A DNA stretch of 64,000 bases from Octopus sinensis (GCF_006345805.1 NC_043010.1:38812001-38876000), one strand, 5' to 3'. Shown: positions 12,662 through 27,163, counted from the stretch's first letter. Notes: a model not told the origin generated them from the letters alone. A program made the numbers and translations.

Positions 12662-13530
12662 TATACACTGGTTAAAATAAGTTTAAGACCGATGGTGACA
12701 GATCTATTCGTTCATTAATATATTTTTAACAAAGCTGTATAAAATTATTTTACTTTTTACAGTTTATGTAGAATTTTTTTGTCGTTCGAATGATATATGC
12801 GTTATATATCTCTCTACAATTTGAATAATTCTAATGCGCAATTAGAATTATTTTCTGTTAGAAAAAAGCATTGATATTTCGTTCGAAAAAAGGGCAATTA
12901 TGGACACAATTTTCGGATTGTTAGACTTCATCAACTTAGTATTGCAGATTGCTTGTAGAAAAATCTCTAAGGAATAATTCTTGACCAATATAATTTACAT
13001 AATTAATAATGTAACAAGCGTTGGAGAATAATCCAAGTAGGCCAATAACATGAATTTGGACAATTAAATTAATGGTAGTTTTTCTTGAAAGATGTTTCAC
13101 AAAATTATTCTCAGTTCAGTAAAATCTATTTCTTACATGCAGAAAGGCGGGAAAAACGTGGCAGTAGTTTTCACGACCACCAAAATGAAGGAAAGATGGA
13201 TTGAAGAAATCAGAAAATACTTACTGAGCGGAAGGAACGTCTGATCTTTGGCAAGGAATATCAGTTTATATATGTTTCTGTCTTTTAGAACTTTATCGGT
13301 TTAGCATATTCTAATGAAGTCGTGTATCAGTTAATAGATTATTTTAAATACAGAAAAAGTGTTACAAAGAATGTTCGTGTGTGGATTAATTGTTGAATAA
13401 TTCAGGTTCTTGCCCTTCTCCCGAGATTTAGAGTTTATTGATTTTTACCATAATTAATCTCAGCTGAAGGAACCAATAAATTAGTTTCCGCATGTTCCGC
13501 ATAATATGTTATTTTGTAACCGCTCTCTAT
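12662..13530 (+). mobile_element. Highly decayed Tc1/mariner-like remnant
   Basis: TA-CACTGGTTAAAATAAGTTTAAGACC TIR-like start; broken translation RKYLLS../..KERLIFGKEY...YSNE resembles Tc1 RKKPLLS..RL.FAK..FSDE. The second TIR was not seen. Confidence 0.35.
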
Positions 13531-13532
13531 TA

Positions 13533-13918
13533 ATTGTTTCAGTCATTTGACTGCGGCCATGCTGGAGCACTGCCTTTAGTCGAGAAAATCGAACCCAGGA
13601 CTTATTCTTTGTAAGCCTACTACTTATTCTATCAGTCTCTTTTGCCGAACCACTAAGTTACGGGGACGCAAACACCAGCATCGGTTGTCAAGCGATGTTG
13701 GGGGGACAAACACAGACACAGAAACACACACATACACACAAACACACACACACACACATATATATATACATATATACGACGGGCTTCTTTCAATTTCCGT
13801 CTACCAAATTCACTTACAAGGATTTGGTCGGCCTCGGGCTATAGTAGAAAACACTTGGCCAAAGTCCCACGCAGTGAGACTGAACCCGGAACCATGTGGT
13901 TGATAAGCAAGCTAACCG
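13533..13918 (-). mobile_element. SINE family A, near full length
   Basis: Reverse complement of the 26114-26505 copy. Confidence 0.9.
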
Positions 13919-14899
13919 TTCTTTTCCTCACAACTTACTGCTCAGATTGTAACAAAGTATTCTCCGGTTTCTTTCACTGGTTTTTGTATCATGTAACTTG
14001 AGGAGTAGAGTACTGAAACCCCCTTTATTTCTTAGGTATAAAGGGCACTGGGAGTAGTTTACCCCTCACTCACAGCGCGCCTTGTAGTCCATTTGAACGA
14101 ATGAGAGAAACACAGGGGAAAGAAGTGATCCTAGTTACTTAACGGTTTCTTCCTTGACTTTGGAAAAGCAAAGAGCAAGTTTTATTCCGTGTGATTCGGA
14201 TTCGAAGTTAAAAGAGCCAGTAAAATTACAGGAGGTATTTTCTTTTCAACACAAATAAATATATTACATACATACATACATACATACATACACACACACA
14301 TACATACATACATTCCTACATACATACATACATACATACATACATACATACATACATACATACATACATACATACATACATACACACATACATACATACA
14401 CGTGTGTGTGTGAGTATACGCGTCTCTGCTTGTATGTATATATGTATGTATGTATGTGTGTGTGTGCGTGCGTATATGCGTGTGTATAGCATTACTAATA
14501 AAGAAAAGAAGACGATTCTTCATTGTCTTAGCATTGTAACAACAAAAAATGGGAATTTGAACTCATTTGGTCCACTGAGGTGGAATAAATTAGCTATCGA
14601 ATGTCATTTACTAATTGCTCTCGACTGGCTTCTATTGAAACCTGTTTGACACGTAAAATGGAAATAAATTCTCCCCGTTGTTGCCACCGTCTCTAAACTA
14701 GGCCTACCATTTCTCATTTATTTCATGACTATATTTTTTACATCTTTTTACACGTCTCTCTGCTTCATTCCTTCGCTTCCCTTTCGACGTCTCATTTCTC
14801 TTCATTATTTGTTTATAGCCCCCTCTCTCTCTCTCTCTCTCTCTCTATCTCCCTCTTTCTTACTATCTATCTAGCTTTCGATATGTTGAACTGTTAATC

Positions 14900-15092
14900 C
14901 CTACAAAAAGAAAATTTTCTCTCTCCGTTTTTTTTTTACCCTCTCTTTTTCTTTTTCCTTCTCTCTGTCGAAGAGCGTAGGCACGAAACGTAAAAACGCT
15001 TCCATTCTTCCCGAGTGTTAAACTATTACACCTACTTATCGTACCTACATCTGTCTTCGACTTTGGTCTTTCTGTTAATTTTAACAAAACCC
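14900..15092 (+). mobile_element. Short PLE-3'-end-like repeat, copy 3
   Basis: CTGTCGA-A-GAGC GTAG GCAC-GAAA-CG-TA at 14965-14992; downstream sequence similar to copy 2; ends ...CCCGT into (ATCT)n. Confidence 0.55.
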
Positions 15093-15106
15093 GTCTATCT
15101 ATCTAC

Positions 15107-15196
<90 letters not shown>

Positions 15197-15526
15197 GTCT
15201 ATATATCTATCTGTCTGTATGTCTATCTATCAACCTACCTACCTACCTACCTACCTACCTACCTACCTACCTACCTACCTACCTACCTACTTACCTACCT
15301 ACTTACCTACCTACCTACCTACCTACCTACCCACCTACCTACCCACATACCTACCTACCTAGCTAGCTAGCTACCTACTTATCTGCCTATCTATCTATCT
15401 ATCTATCTATCTATCAATCTATCTATCTATCTATCTATCTATTTATCTATCTATTTATCTATCTATCATCTATCTATGTACCTATCTCTCTATCCCTCTA
15501 TCCATCTATGCATGCCTGCATGCATG

Positions 15527-15560
<34 letters not shown>

Positions 15561-15610
15561 TGTATGTATGTATGTATCTATCTATCTATCTATATATATA
15601 TATCTATTTG
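15093..15610. repeat. Compound (ATCT)n/(ACCT)n/(ATGT)n microsatellite
   Basis: Direct runs. Confidence 0.95.
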
Positions 15611-15759
15611 TGTATCCATCTATGCATGCATGCCTGCATTTATTAATGTATGTATGTATGTACCTATCTATCTCTATTTCATTATATAAGCCAACAAGCA
15701 CTAAGAGTACAATTTTTCTGACGATTAAAATATTTGCGTACATAGAATATAACACAAGC

Positions 15760-15800
<41 letters not shown>

Positions 15801-16769
15801 TTACCATCTCTTTCGTCTAAAAAGTAAGGCCTACAAATTTTCTCAGGCCTTTACATCACACTGTTCCCTACAATCTTCAGGTATGGCTAAAAGTAAAAAC
15901 TAAATACGGCTACTCGGAGCAATTATGTTAACGATTGTATCTGAGAAAAATGAGAGAAGGCAATTTGATGATTAAAGGGAAGAGATGCATGGCTAAAGGA
16001 CCATAAATGTAAAAATCAATTTGATGTATCATACTACATTATTTTGTAGCAAGGTGTGAGAAGAATATCGATAAGTCATTAAATATGGCTATAATTTTGG
16101 TGAGTTAACAAGTATGAGTAATGGGCGAAGATATGCTGTATGTGTGTAATGTCATAATCACATGTTCGTAAATGATCTCACTGACTATCTTAATTAATAT
16201 AATAACGGTGCATCGGTAGAGCCATCCGAGTACAAACATGAACATAAAGGTTAATGGAACGATGCAAGGCAGACGAGGGGAAAATGATGAACGACAAGAG
16301 TTGTAGAAACAGGAGAAAAGAAAAGAAGGGAGAAATGTCCTTAAACTGTGAGGGTGTTTGTACAGTTTAGTGTACTGGAATTGAGAGTGATAAGGTTAAA
16401 TCTTTAACCATTTGAGGAAAGATTTTTCCTGACTGTCATTCCCAGTTGCTGGATTCCAGGGTACAAGGTTTGCCAATGACAGGAGGGCGATTTTTAACAC
16501 AGGACGCACCGCGCAGACCCAGGAGATATAGCGAATATTAATACCGTCGAAATCTTTAAACATGACAACCAAATGTCCTAAAATGGTATAAATAAAATTC
16601 ACATTGACAAGATAATACTCTTAACCACAGTATTACAGAATAAATACTAAATACATTTACTTCGTAGAGCTAACAAGTTCACCAACACATTGTATTATTT
16701 GTACAAGATATCTGCCACTGTAAATAGCGGGAAAATCTTGCTATATATATATGTATGTATGTATGTATG

Positions 16770-16820
<51 letters not shown>

Positions 16821-16968
16821 TATATATGTCTATATGTATATAAAAATATAATATATATATCTATATATATGTATGTTTGTATATATATATAAATAATATA
16901 TATATATGTATATATATATGTATATATATATCTATATATCTATATATATATATATTTGTATATATATG

Positions 16969-17012
<44 letters not shown>

Positions 17013-18770
17013 ATATGTATGTATGTATGTATATATGTATGTATGTATATATGTATGTATGTATGTAATATATATGTCTATATGTATATAAAAATATAAT
17101 ATATATATATATTTGTATATATATATGTATGTTTGTATATATATATGTATGTATGTATGTATCTATCTATCTATATATATATATATGTATATAATATATA
17201 TATCTATATATCTATCTATCTATCTATCTATCTATATATCTAACTATATTGATAAACCTACAGATGTGGTCTGTCTTTCTGTCTGCCTGTATCTCTCCTT
17301 ATGCGTATATATACACACATATATAGATACATATGTATGTATGTGCGTGTGCGTGTATGGATTTGAGAAATATACTTGCAAACTTTTCATATTAGTTATC
17401 AATAATCAATCAGTTCAAACAAATATCAATTTACCAATTGAAATAAATGTTTTTCTGTTTCCACATGTTTTAAAATTGAAATCATACTAAATCAATCCCG
17501 TCATATTATCTAATATTGAGGAATGAACTAATCTTACGCGGTTTTAATGCTGAATATTATAATTCTATTATTCCTGTTTTTTTCTTTCATCTTTCAATAT
17601 CACGGATTTTTTGTGAGACTAAGTAAATGAATTGTATTTGTTCGGTACAACATCGTAACGTGATTAATGGCTGTCATCAGTATATAAATGTGATATATGA
17701 TATATATGTGTATATATATACGGCAAATGAAAAGCTACAAGGTGTAAACCATTCGTCTAATATCCATTACATATATGTATGTATATATATGTGTATATAT
17801 ATATGTGTACATATACATATATATGTATTCTTGTACACACACACATATATATATATTATACACGTACATATATTTAAATACATCTATACATATGTAAATA
17901 CATGTATATGTCTTCATACCTATGTATATATATATTATATATATATATATATATAAGTATGTATATGTATATATATATGTATATATATATACATAAATGC
18001 ATACACGCAAACACATGGAAAGCACATGCACACAAAGACATATACACCATGTAGATATATATTTATGTATATATATATATGTTTATATATAGATATATAT
18101 ATGTGTTTGTATATATATATATATGTATATATATATTTATGCATACACGTTAAAGAATGCATGTATAGAATAAATGATTTTAGAATGAGGATGGTGGAGG
18201 CATTCCCAGAAAGTCAATGATTCAATGAGAAAAGAAGATGGAATAAGATAGAAAGACGAAATAAAAGAACAGTCCACGTTTGTTTGTTACAATGTTTATT
18301 CGATTTCGCTGAAAATCAGCACCGAATGCCATGTTTTAGTATTGTTCATGTATTTATTATTTAAGAGAAATGTTTGAGATTAGGAATGAATGTTTGGTAC
18401 GTACCAATGGATTTAGAACGCGTTGCTTTTGATGTAGCTATTGTTGTTTCTAGTTCTTGATGTATTATTTATCTTTATTAAAATTTAAGCAGTGATTGTG
18501 TATGTACATGTATGTATGCTTGTATTATGTATGTATGTATGTATGTATATGTAATATATATGTCTATATGTATATAAAAATATAATATATATATCTATAT
18601 ATATGTATGTTTGTATATATATAAATAATATATATATATGTATATATATATGTATATATATATCTATATATCTATATATATATATATTTGTATATATATA
18701 TGTATATATAAATATATATATGTATATATATATGTGTGTATATACATATATATATATATATATGTATATA

Positions 18771-18818
<48 letters not shown>

Positions 18819-19648
18819 GCATATGCATATATATATACATTTATTTGTTTAAATATATATATGCTTATATATATGCAGGTATGTATGTATCCTTACATAT
18901 ACATATATATGTAAACGAATATCTATCTATCTAACTATCTATCTATCTATCTATCTATATATCTAACTATATTGATAAACCTACAGATGTGGTCTGTCTT
19001 TCTGTCTGCCTGTATCTCTCCTTATGCGTATATATACACACATATATAGATACATATGTATGTATGTGCGTGTGCGTGTATGGATTTGAGAAATATACTT
19101 GCAAACTTTTCATATTAGTTATCAATAATCAATCAGTTCAACAAATATCAATTTACCAATTGAAATAAATGTTTTTCTGTTTCCACATGTTTTTTTTAAA
19201 ATTGAAATCATACTAAATCAATCCCGTCATATTATCTAATATTGAGGAATGAACTAATCTTACGCGGTTTTAATGCTGAATATTATAATTCTATTATTCC
19301 TGTTTTTTTCTTTCATCTTTCAATATCACGGATTTTTTGTGAGACTAAGTAAATGAATTGTATTTGTTCGGTACAACATCGTAACGTGATTAATGGCTGT
19401 CATCAGTATATAAATGTGATTATATGATATATATGTGTATATATATACGGCAAATGAAAAGCTACAAGGTGTAAACCATTCGTCTAATATCCATTACATA
19501 TATGTATGTATATATATGTGTATATATATATGTGTACATATACATATATATGTATTCTTGTACACACACACATATATATATATTTATACACGTACATATA
19601 TTTAAATACATCTATACATATGTAAATACATGTATATGTCTTCATACC

Positions 19649-19686
<38 letters not shown>

Positions 19687-20605
19687 AGTATGTATATGTA
19701 TATATATGTATATATATATACATAAATGCATACACGCAAACACATGGAAAGCACATGCACACAAAGACATATACACCATGTAGATATATATTATGTATAT
19801 ATATATATGTTTATATATAGATATATATATGTGTTTGTATATATATATATGTATATATATATTTATGCATACACGTTAAAGAATGCATGTATAGAATAAA
19901 TGATTTTAGAATGAGGATGGTGGAGGCATTCCAGAAAGTCAATGATTCAATGAGAAAAGAGATGGAATAAGATAGAAAGACGAAATAAAAGAACAGTCCA
20001 CGTTTGTTTGTTACAATGTTATTCGATTTCGCTGAAAATCAGCACCGAATGCCATGTTTTAGTATTGTTCATGTATTTATTATTTAAGAGAAATGTTTGA
20101 GATTAGGAATGAATGTTTTTACGTACCAATGGATTTAGAACGCGTTGCTTTGATGTAGCTATTGTTGTTTCTAGTTCTTGATGTATTATTTATCTTTATT
20201 AAAATTTAAGCAGTGATTGTGTATGTACATGTATTATGCTTGTATTTATGTATGTATGCATGTATACACACACATGTATGTATGTGTATGTATATATTAT
20301 ATGTATATATATGTATATGTAATATATAATATTATATGTATATATATATATGCATATATATATATAACACATACTATATAATATATGTATATAATATATA
20401 TACATATATATAAATATAATATATATGTAAATATATATATATACATATATATACAAATACATGTATACATTTTTAATATAATATACATATATAAATGTAT
20501 GTATATATATACATATATATATATATTTATATAAATATATATATATATAATATATATACATGTATATATATATACATATATATTATATAATATATAATAT
20601 ATATA

Positions 20606-20640
<35 letters not shown>

Positions 20641-20706
20641 TTATTATAATAGATATATATAATATATAATATATATATATAGATATATATATAGATATAT
20701 ATATAT
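16770..20706 (+). repeat. ~1.72-kb direct tandem duplication (about 2.3 copies)
   Basis: GATAAACCTACAGATGTGG at 17251 and 18974; AAATTTAAGCAGTG at 18481 and 20202 (period 1721-1723). Confidence 0.9.
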
Positions 20707-20933
20707 AATTTATCAATATAGGGTGGCAAAAAAAATTTTGTAGAATTTTTTTGCCACCAGCGGCCTAGTGGGAAAAATTAAATAGTCATATACCATTTTT
20801 AAGTTCAACATCACAATCAAGGAACGGCCATAATAGGCCATTCACCCACTAGAAATAACAGCCAAAAGCTTTAACCGCAAAATAACATCAATTCCGTAAA
20901 CCAGGAGAAAATTTAAAAAACATTTACCCTGTA

Positions 20934-21040
20934 ATTTCTTATACGATGCACCGTTTCGTCTACTGTTTAATGGTAAACTAACCTGATTAAATTAAATCAA
21001 GCCAATCTACCATAGGCCCTTAGATTCATCAGTAAGAAAT
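20934..21040 (-). ncRNA. Type I hammerhead ribozyme, array copy 1
   Basis: ATTTCTTA-CTGATGA-[67 nt; TCTA/TAGA stem II with A.C closing pair]-GAAA-CGG TGCA TCG-TA-TAAGAAAT; 8-bp stem I, GUA triplet. Confidence 0.75.
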
Positions 21041-21508
21041 AGCCAAGTTGGAACAGATATTTTTCACGAGGCATTCTCGTCCCTGCCTCGGCAATATCTG
21101 ACCTAAAATTTTCAAATCATCGCACTCGCGCCAAATTTATCGGCAGCAAATAAATATAAGCCGCCGATTCCATTACGGAATTAACCAGAAAATTCATAAT
21201 TAATCAATATAGGGTGGCAAAAAAAAATTTTGTAGAATTTTTTTGCCACCAGCGGCCTAGTGGGAAAAAATTAAATAGTCATATACCATTTTTAAGTTCA
21301 ACATCACAATCAAGGAACGGCCATAATAGGCCATTCACCCACTAGAAATAACAGCCAAAAGCTTTAACTGCGGTTAATGGCCTATTATGGCCGTTCCTTG
21401 ATTGTGATGTTGAACTTAAAAATGGTATATGACTATTTAATTTTTTCCCACTAGGCCGCTGGTGGCAAAAAAATTCTACAAAATTTTTTTTTGCCACCCT
21501 ATATTGAT

Positions 21509-21614
<106 letters not shown>

Positions 21615-22350
21615 TATATAATTATATAGATATATATATATAGTATATATATAACATTTATATATTTATATATATATATATTTATATAAATATATATATA
21701 TATGTATATATATATACATACATTTTATATATGTATATATATTAAAAATGTATACATGTATTTGTATATATATGTATATATATATATTTACATATATATT
21801 ATATTTATATATATGTATATTATATATATATACATATATTTATATATGTATGTGTATATATATATATATGCATATATATATACATATATATATATATACA
21901 TATACATATATATACATATATATATATACATACACATACATACATGTGTGTGTATACATGCATACATACATAAATACAAGCATACATACATGTACATACA
22001 CAATCACTGCTTAAAAAGCTTTAACTGCGGTTAAAGCTTTTGGCTGATTTCTAGTGGGTGAATGGCCTATTATGGCCGTTCCTTGATTGTGATGTTGAAC
22101 TTAAAAATGGTATATGACTATTTATTTTTTCCCACTAGGCCGCTGGTGGCAAAAAAATTCTACAAAATTTTTTTTTGCCACCCTATTGATTAATATGAAT
22201 TTTCTGGTTAATTCCGTAATGGAATCGGCGGCTTATATTATTTGCTGCCGATAAATTTGGCGCGAGTGCGATGATTTGAAAATTTTAGGTCAGATATTGC
22301 CGAGGCAGGGACGAGAATGCCTCGTGAAAAATATCTGTTCCAACTTGGCT

Positions 22351-22456
22351 ATTTCTTACTGATGAATCTAAGGGCCTATGGTAGATTGGCTTATTAATTT
22401 AATCAGGTTAGTTTACCATTAAACAGTAGACGAAACGGTTGCATCGTATAAGAAAT
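22351..22456 (+). ncRNA. Type I hammerhead ribozyme, array copy 2
   Basis: Same motif: CTGATGA 22359-65, GAAA 22432-35, GTA 22446-48, stem I 22351-58/22449-56. Confidence 0.75.
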
Positions 22457-22834
22457 TACAGGGTAATGTTTTAAATTTTCTCCTGGTTTACGGAATTGAT
22501 GTATTTTGCGGTTAAAGCTTTTGGCTGTTATTTCTCTAGTGGGTGAATGGCCTATTATGGCCGTTCCTTGATTGTGATGTTGAACTTAAAAATGGTATAG
22601 GACTATTTATTTTTTCCCACTAGGCCGCTGGTGGCAAAAAAATTCTACAAAATTTTTTTTTGCCACCCTATATTGATTAATTATGATTTTCTGTTAATTC
22701 CGTAATGGAATCGGCGGCTATATTTATTTGCTGCCGATAAATTTGGCGCGAGTGCATGATTTGAAAATTTTAGGTCAGATATTGCCGAGGCAGGGACGAG
22801 AATGCTCGTGAAAAATATCTGTTCCAACTTGGCT

Positions 22835-22940
22835 ATTTCTTACTGATGAATCTAAGGCCTATGGTAGATTGGCTTGATTTAATTTAATCAGGTTAGTTTA
22901 CCATTAAACAGTAGACGAAACGGTGCATCGTATAAGAAAT
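22835..22940 (+). ncRNA. Type I hammerhead ribozyme, array copy 3
   Basis: CTGATGA 22843-49, GAAA 22917-20, GTA 22930-32; 484 nt downstream of copy 2. Confidence 0.75.
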
Positions 22941-23056
22941 TACAGGGTAATGTTTTTTATATTTTCTCCTGGTTTACGGAATTGATGTTATTTTGGCGGT
23001 TAAAGCTTTTGGCTGTTATTTCTAGTGGTGAATGGCCTATTATGGCCGTTCTTGAT

Positions 23057-23098
<42 letters not shown>

Positions 23099-23284
23099 AT
23101 ATATATACGCTAATCGAAGTCAACATTATTATATATCCATTACGGCCGATCTTCTCAATTGGTTTTGCACTAGAGTTACAACAGTGAGATTGAAGTTAAT
23201 GATTATATAATACTGTACAATTCAATTGGTATCTGAACTCTATTGACAAATGTACGTGTGGTTATTTTTCTAGCTTGTATCTTT

Positions 23285-23875
23285 TATCGTTTCAGTCATT
23301 AGACAGCATCCATGCTGGAGCGTCACATTGAAGAGTGAATCGACGCCGATATTTATTTGTTCTTTTAAAGCCTGCTTCTATTTCTAACGGCCCCTTTTCC
23401 CGAAGTCTTAAGTTATAGTATGTAAACACACCAGAACCGGCTGTCAAACACAGAACAGAGACAAACACACACACGCACATACACAAAGAAATACACATAC
23501 ACACATAGACATGTATGTACAAATCTGGAATGGTGGCACACCGTCGGTTACGACGGCGAGGGTTCCAGTTGATCCGATCAACGGCGCAGCCTGCTCGTGA
23601 ATTTTGCGTGCATATGCCTGAGCACTCCCCAGAGACGTGTGCCCTTAACGTAGTTCTAGGGGAGATTCTGCGTGACAAAGTGTGACACAAAGCTGGCCTT
23701 TTGAAAGACAGTGGTTAAAGGTAACAGCAGGGTTTGCCACCACTCCCTATCGGAGCTTCGTGGAACTTTAGGTGTTTTCGCTCAATAAACTCACAACGCT
23801 AGGTCTGGGAATCGAAACCAACATCCTACGACCGCAAGTCCGCTTCCCTAATCTTTGGGCCATTGCGTTCTCTAC
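23285..23875 (-). mobile_element. tRNA-derived SINE, family C (longer body, family-A tail)
   Basis: tRNA-like head on the minus strand at 23800-23875 (GGTTTCGATTCC B-box), family-A tail at 23285-23450; a decayed plus-strand relative lies at ~7400-7740. Confidence 0.65.
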
Positions 23876-23883
23876 ATATACAA

Positions 23884-24070
<187 letters not shown>

Positions 24071-24111
24071 CTCACTGTCGCTTTCTCTCTCTTTGTATGT
24101 ATATGTATATA

Positions 24112-24334
24112 CACGAGGAGATACCAAGAAGTTCCTGGTTGGGTAAAAAGAAATATAGATGAGAAACAGTTAATCACGATTTTTATTCAACGTATTCCCA
24201 TCTCAGATTTATAGATTTATTGCAGCGGTCCTTCAGTCTTTCGAAGATGCCCTGTAAAAAAACTCAGAAATTTGAATCTCCAGCCAGGTTTTTCGCGATG
24301 CCCTTAAAGCCAGGAAATTTTCATCACCTCCTTC

Positions 24335-24337
<3 letters not shown>
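24112..24337. mobile_element. Mariner-like MITE
   Basis: Imperfect TIRs CACGAGGAGATACCAAGAAGTTCCTGG / CCAGGAAATTTTCATCACCTCCTTCGTA flanked by TA. Confidence 0.55.
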
Positions 24338-24374
<37 letters not shown>

Positions 24375-25022
24375 GCATAACTTTGCACACACGTACACGT
24401 TTGAATATGTGCGTGTATGTGTGTGTATGTGCGTATGTGATTGTGGGAGCGTATTTATGTGTCATTATGTATGTGTCAATAACTCTTCATTGAATAACTC
24501 TACATTGAAACATATCACTTAGCTTTCAGCTGTAATCACACCTGAGTACAGCAGAACATAGAAGTGCAGAATATGAAACTTAATATTTCCTAAGATGCTT
24601 GGAGCACAATGTGCTGGTCAGTCAACTCTCTGAAATACCTACTCTCAGAAATACTGAAACTGAATTAGTTCATCTAAAGACGCTCTTTATAAACGGGGTA
24701 TTTGCGAAAAGGTTCTGTGTCATTTAACTTAGATTTGAATACTTAAGAATTTAATTATATCAGCTTATAAAAATATTTATACGTAGAACTTCGGTTTCGT
24801 TTCTCTAGGCTGTAAAATATACGTAGAAATCTGGCTTCGTTTCTCTAGGCTGTAAAATAGGTACAAGGCCTGAAATTTTTTGAGAGGAGTCTAGTCGAAT
24901 ATATTGAACCAACTAGTACTTATTACATTGACTCTTAAAAGATGAAAGGCAATATTGACCTCTGGAGAAAATCTCTCGGCTTTGATATTAATAGAAATTA
25001 ATGAATTAATATTAATAGAAGT

Positions 25023-25235
25023 TCTACGGCAGCGAGGTGGCAGAATCGTTAGCACGCCGAGCAAAATGCTTAGCGGTATTTCCGTCCTCACGTTCTGAGT
25101 TCAAATTCTACAGAGGTCGACGTTGCCTTTAATCCTCTCAGGGTCGATAGAATAAGTACCAGTTGAACACTGGGGTTGATTTAATCACCACATAGATGCT
25201 AGCCTTCTGCCAAAATGTGAAACTGATATTAATAG
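25023..25235 (+). mobile_element. SINE family B
   Basis: Head and core match the 46018 copy; a truncated minus-strand copy lies at ~24870-24975. Confidence 0.8.
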
Positions 25236-26113
25236 AAATTCTACCCACTATTCCTGACAGCTTGGTGAACTGATACTTTCGGCTTTCAATATCTACTCTA
25301 ACAAAAAGGTATTTGAAAATGATTACTATTGGCAAAATACATTTTTAGACAAGAAGACAAACAAATAAAGATTTTGTGCTGATGGTATTCGTTTAGGACA
25401 TTGGCGTCTGTAGTGAAGTAAGAATACGATAAAATGCACCAGAAAGACCAATTCAGAACTTCCTTATAATTTGGAGGATTGTACATCAAAAACACTTGTA
25501 TCGTTTATCTTTAATCTTTTAACTGATTCAATCACCGGACACCGGCCATGCTACTGCGCTGTCCTGAAGTGTTTAGTCGAACAAATCGGCCCAAGTACTT
25601 ATATTTTTAAGTTCGGTACTAACTCTGTCTTACTCAGTGACCGGAAGGGTATAGCTTCTTGAATTCTTGAGGTAAATATAATAGTCTTGGCTACTTAGGT
25701 AGTGAAAATAAATCGAAACGAAAATAAAATATTTTCTGATTGGGAAAGATTTACAATTACTTGTACGATTTCAGCATTGACTGCGTTTTCGTACGTTTTT
25801 CAGTTCGCTATTCTGTAAACGGAGGCGACCATGTTTCCATAACGAATTTTCTCTCATGAGTCCATCTGCTAAAGATCTCACTTTTCTCGTTCAAGTCCCA
25901 CGCCATAGCGACGAAAGAAGAATTATGAGGAAGTAAACTCGATTCTATTTTTTATTAACATTTCGATTTATATAACCTGGCTGGGTCTATAGATTAAAGT
26001 AATATTTTTGATGGGGTGTGTGAAAGGCATGGAATAGTTTCTCATTTCGAGAAATGTGAATGAATAAGACTATGTGTGTTTGCAAGTGAGAATTTTCTTG
26101 TATCTATCTTTTG

Positions 26114-26505
26114 TAGGCGCATGAGTGGCTGTGTGGTAACTAGTTTGCTTACCAACCGCATGGTTCCGGGTTCAGTCCCACTGCGTGCTACCTTGGGCAA
26201 GTGTCTTCTACTATAGTTTCGAGCCGAAAAAAGCCTTGTGAGTGGATTTGGTAGACCGAACCTGAAAGAAGCCCGTTGTATGTATATATGTATGTGTATG
26301 TTTGCCTGTGTTTGTGCACTCCTACCAACGTTTGACAACCGATATTTGTATGTTTACGTTCCCATAACTTAGCCGTTCGGCAAAAGAGAGCCGATATAAT
26401 AAGTATTAGTTTTACAAAGAATAAATCCTGGGGTCGATTTCTTTAATTAAAGGTTGTGCCCCAGCATGACCATAGTCAAATGACTGAAACAAATAAAAGA
26501 ATAAG
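26114..26505 (+). mobile_element. SINE family A, full length
   Basis: tRNA-like head TAGGCGCATGAGTGGCTGTGTGG...GGTTCAGTCCC, microsatellite middle, tail ...ATGACTGAAACAAATAAAAGAATAAGAG. Confidence 0.9.
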
Positions 26506-27076
26506 AGAATAAGAGAATGTCTGTGTGTTAATAACTAGCCTTTGTAGTTGTCGTTGCCAGCTTACTTAGCAACCTATAAGGATAGACGTTCCACCCATCA
26601 TAACCCCTTACCTTTTCATTCCTACTATGTAACCAAGACTCTATGATGTAATGCGTCCTCCTCTTTGCCAGATGGCTGGGTGTGTGTAATTTTAAGCAGA
26701 TTTGGTTGCTATATCTACAACGCCCAGTGAATAAGTAGACCCTCCTTTATTGGCTCGTGACCTGCTGTTGATGTGATGGATACGCTGGTTTTAATCTCGA
26801 AGTTGGTGGTATAACGAACAGGAAGTTAGGTATTTTTTCCTGCACATACACATGTGCGCGCACAAAGATGTAGGCCGAATGTGTATGCCTTTGTATGTGT
26901 ATGTATAAGTGTGCATATGTTTATGCGAGTATATATATATAAGTAATATATACATATATATGTGTGTATATGTATACGCTATGTGTTCGTGAGTGGTAAG
27001 TTTTTTATACATTATATTTTTCTTACCGTTGTTTCCTCGTTTCTCTCTCTCCTACTTTCTCCCCACTATATTATAA

Positions 27077-27163
<87 letters not shown>

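Noticed and set aside
14030-14080. TATAAAGGG followed by an Inr-like TCACTC
   Set aside because: Short motifs expected by chance; no downstream gene.
15800-15885. Minus-strand CTGAAGA...GAAA...GTA
   Set aside because: No stem I or stem II pairing.
18290-18330. GCTGA-TTT-TCAGC-GAAA on the minus strand as a possible hammerhead
   Set aside because: No CTGANGA core upstream of the stem and no stem I.
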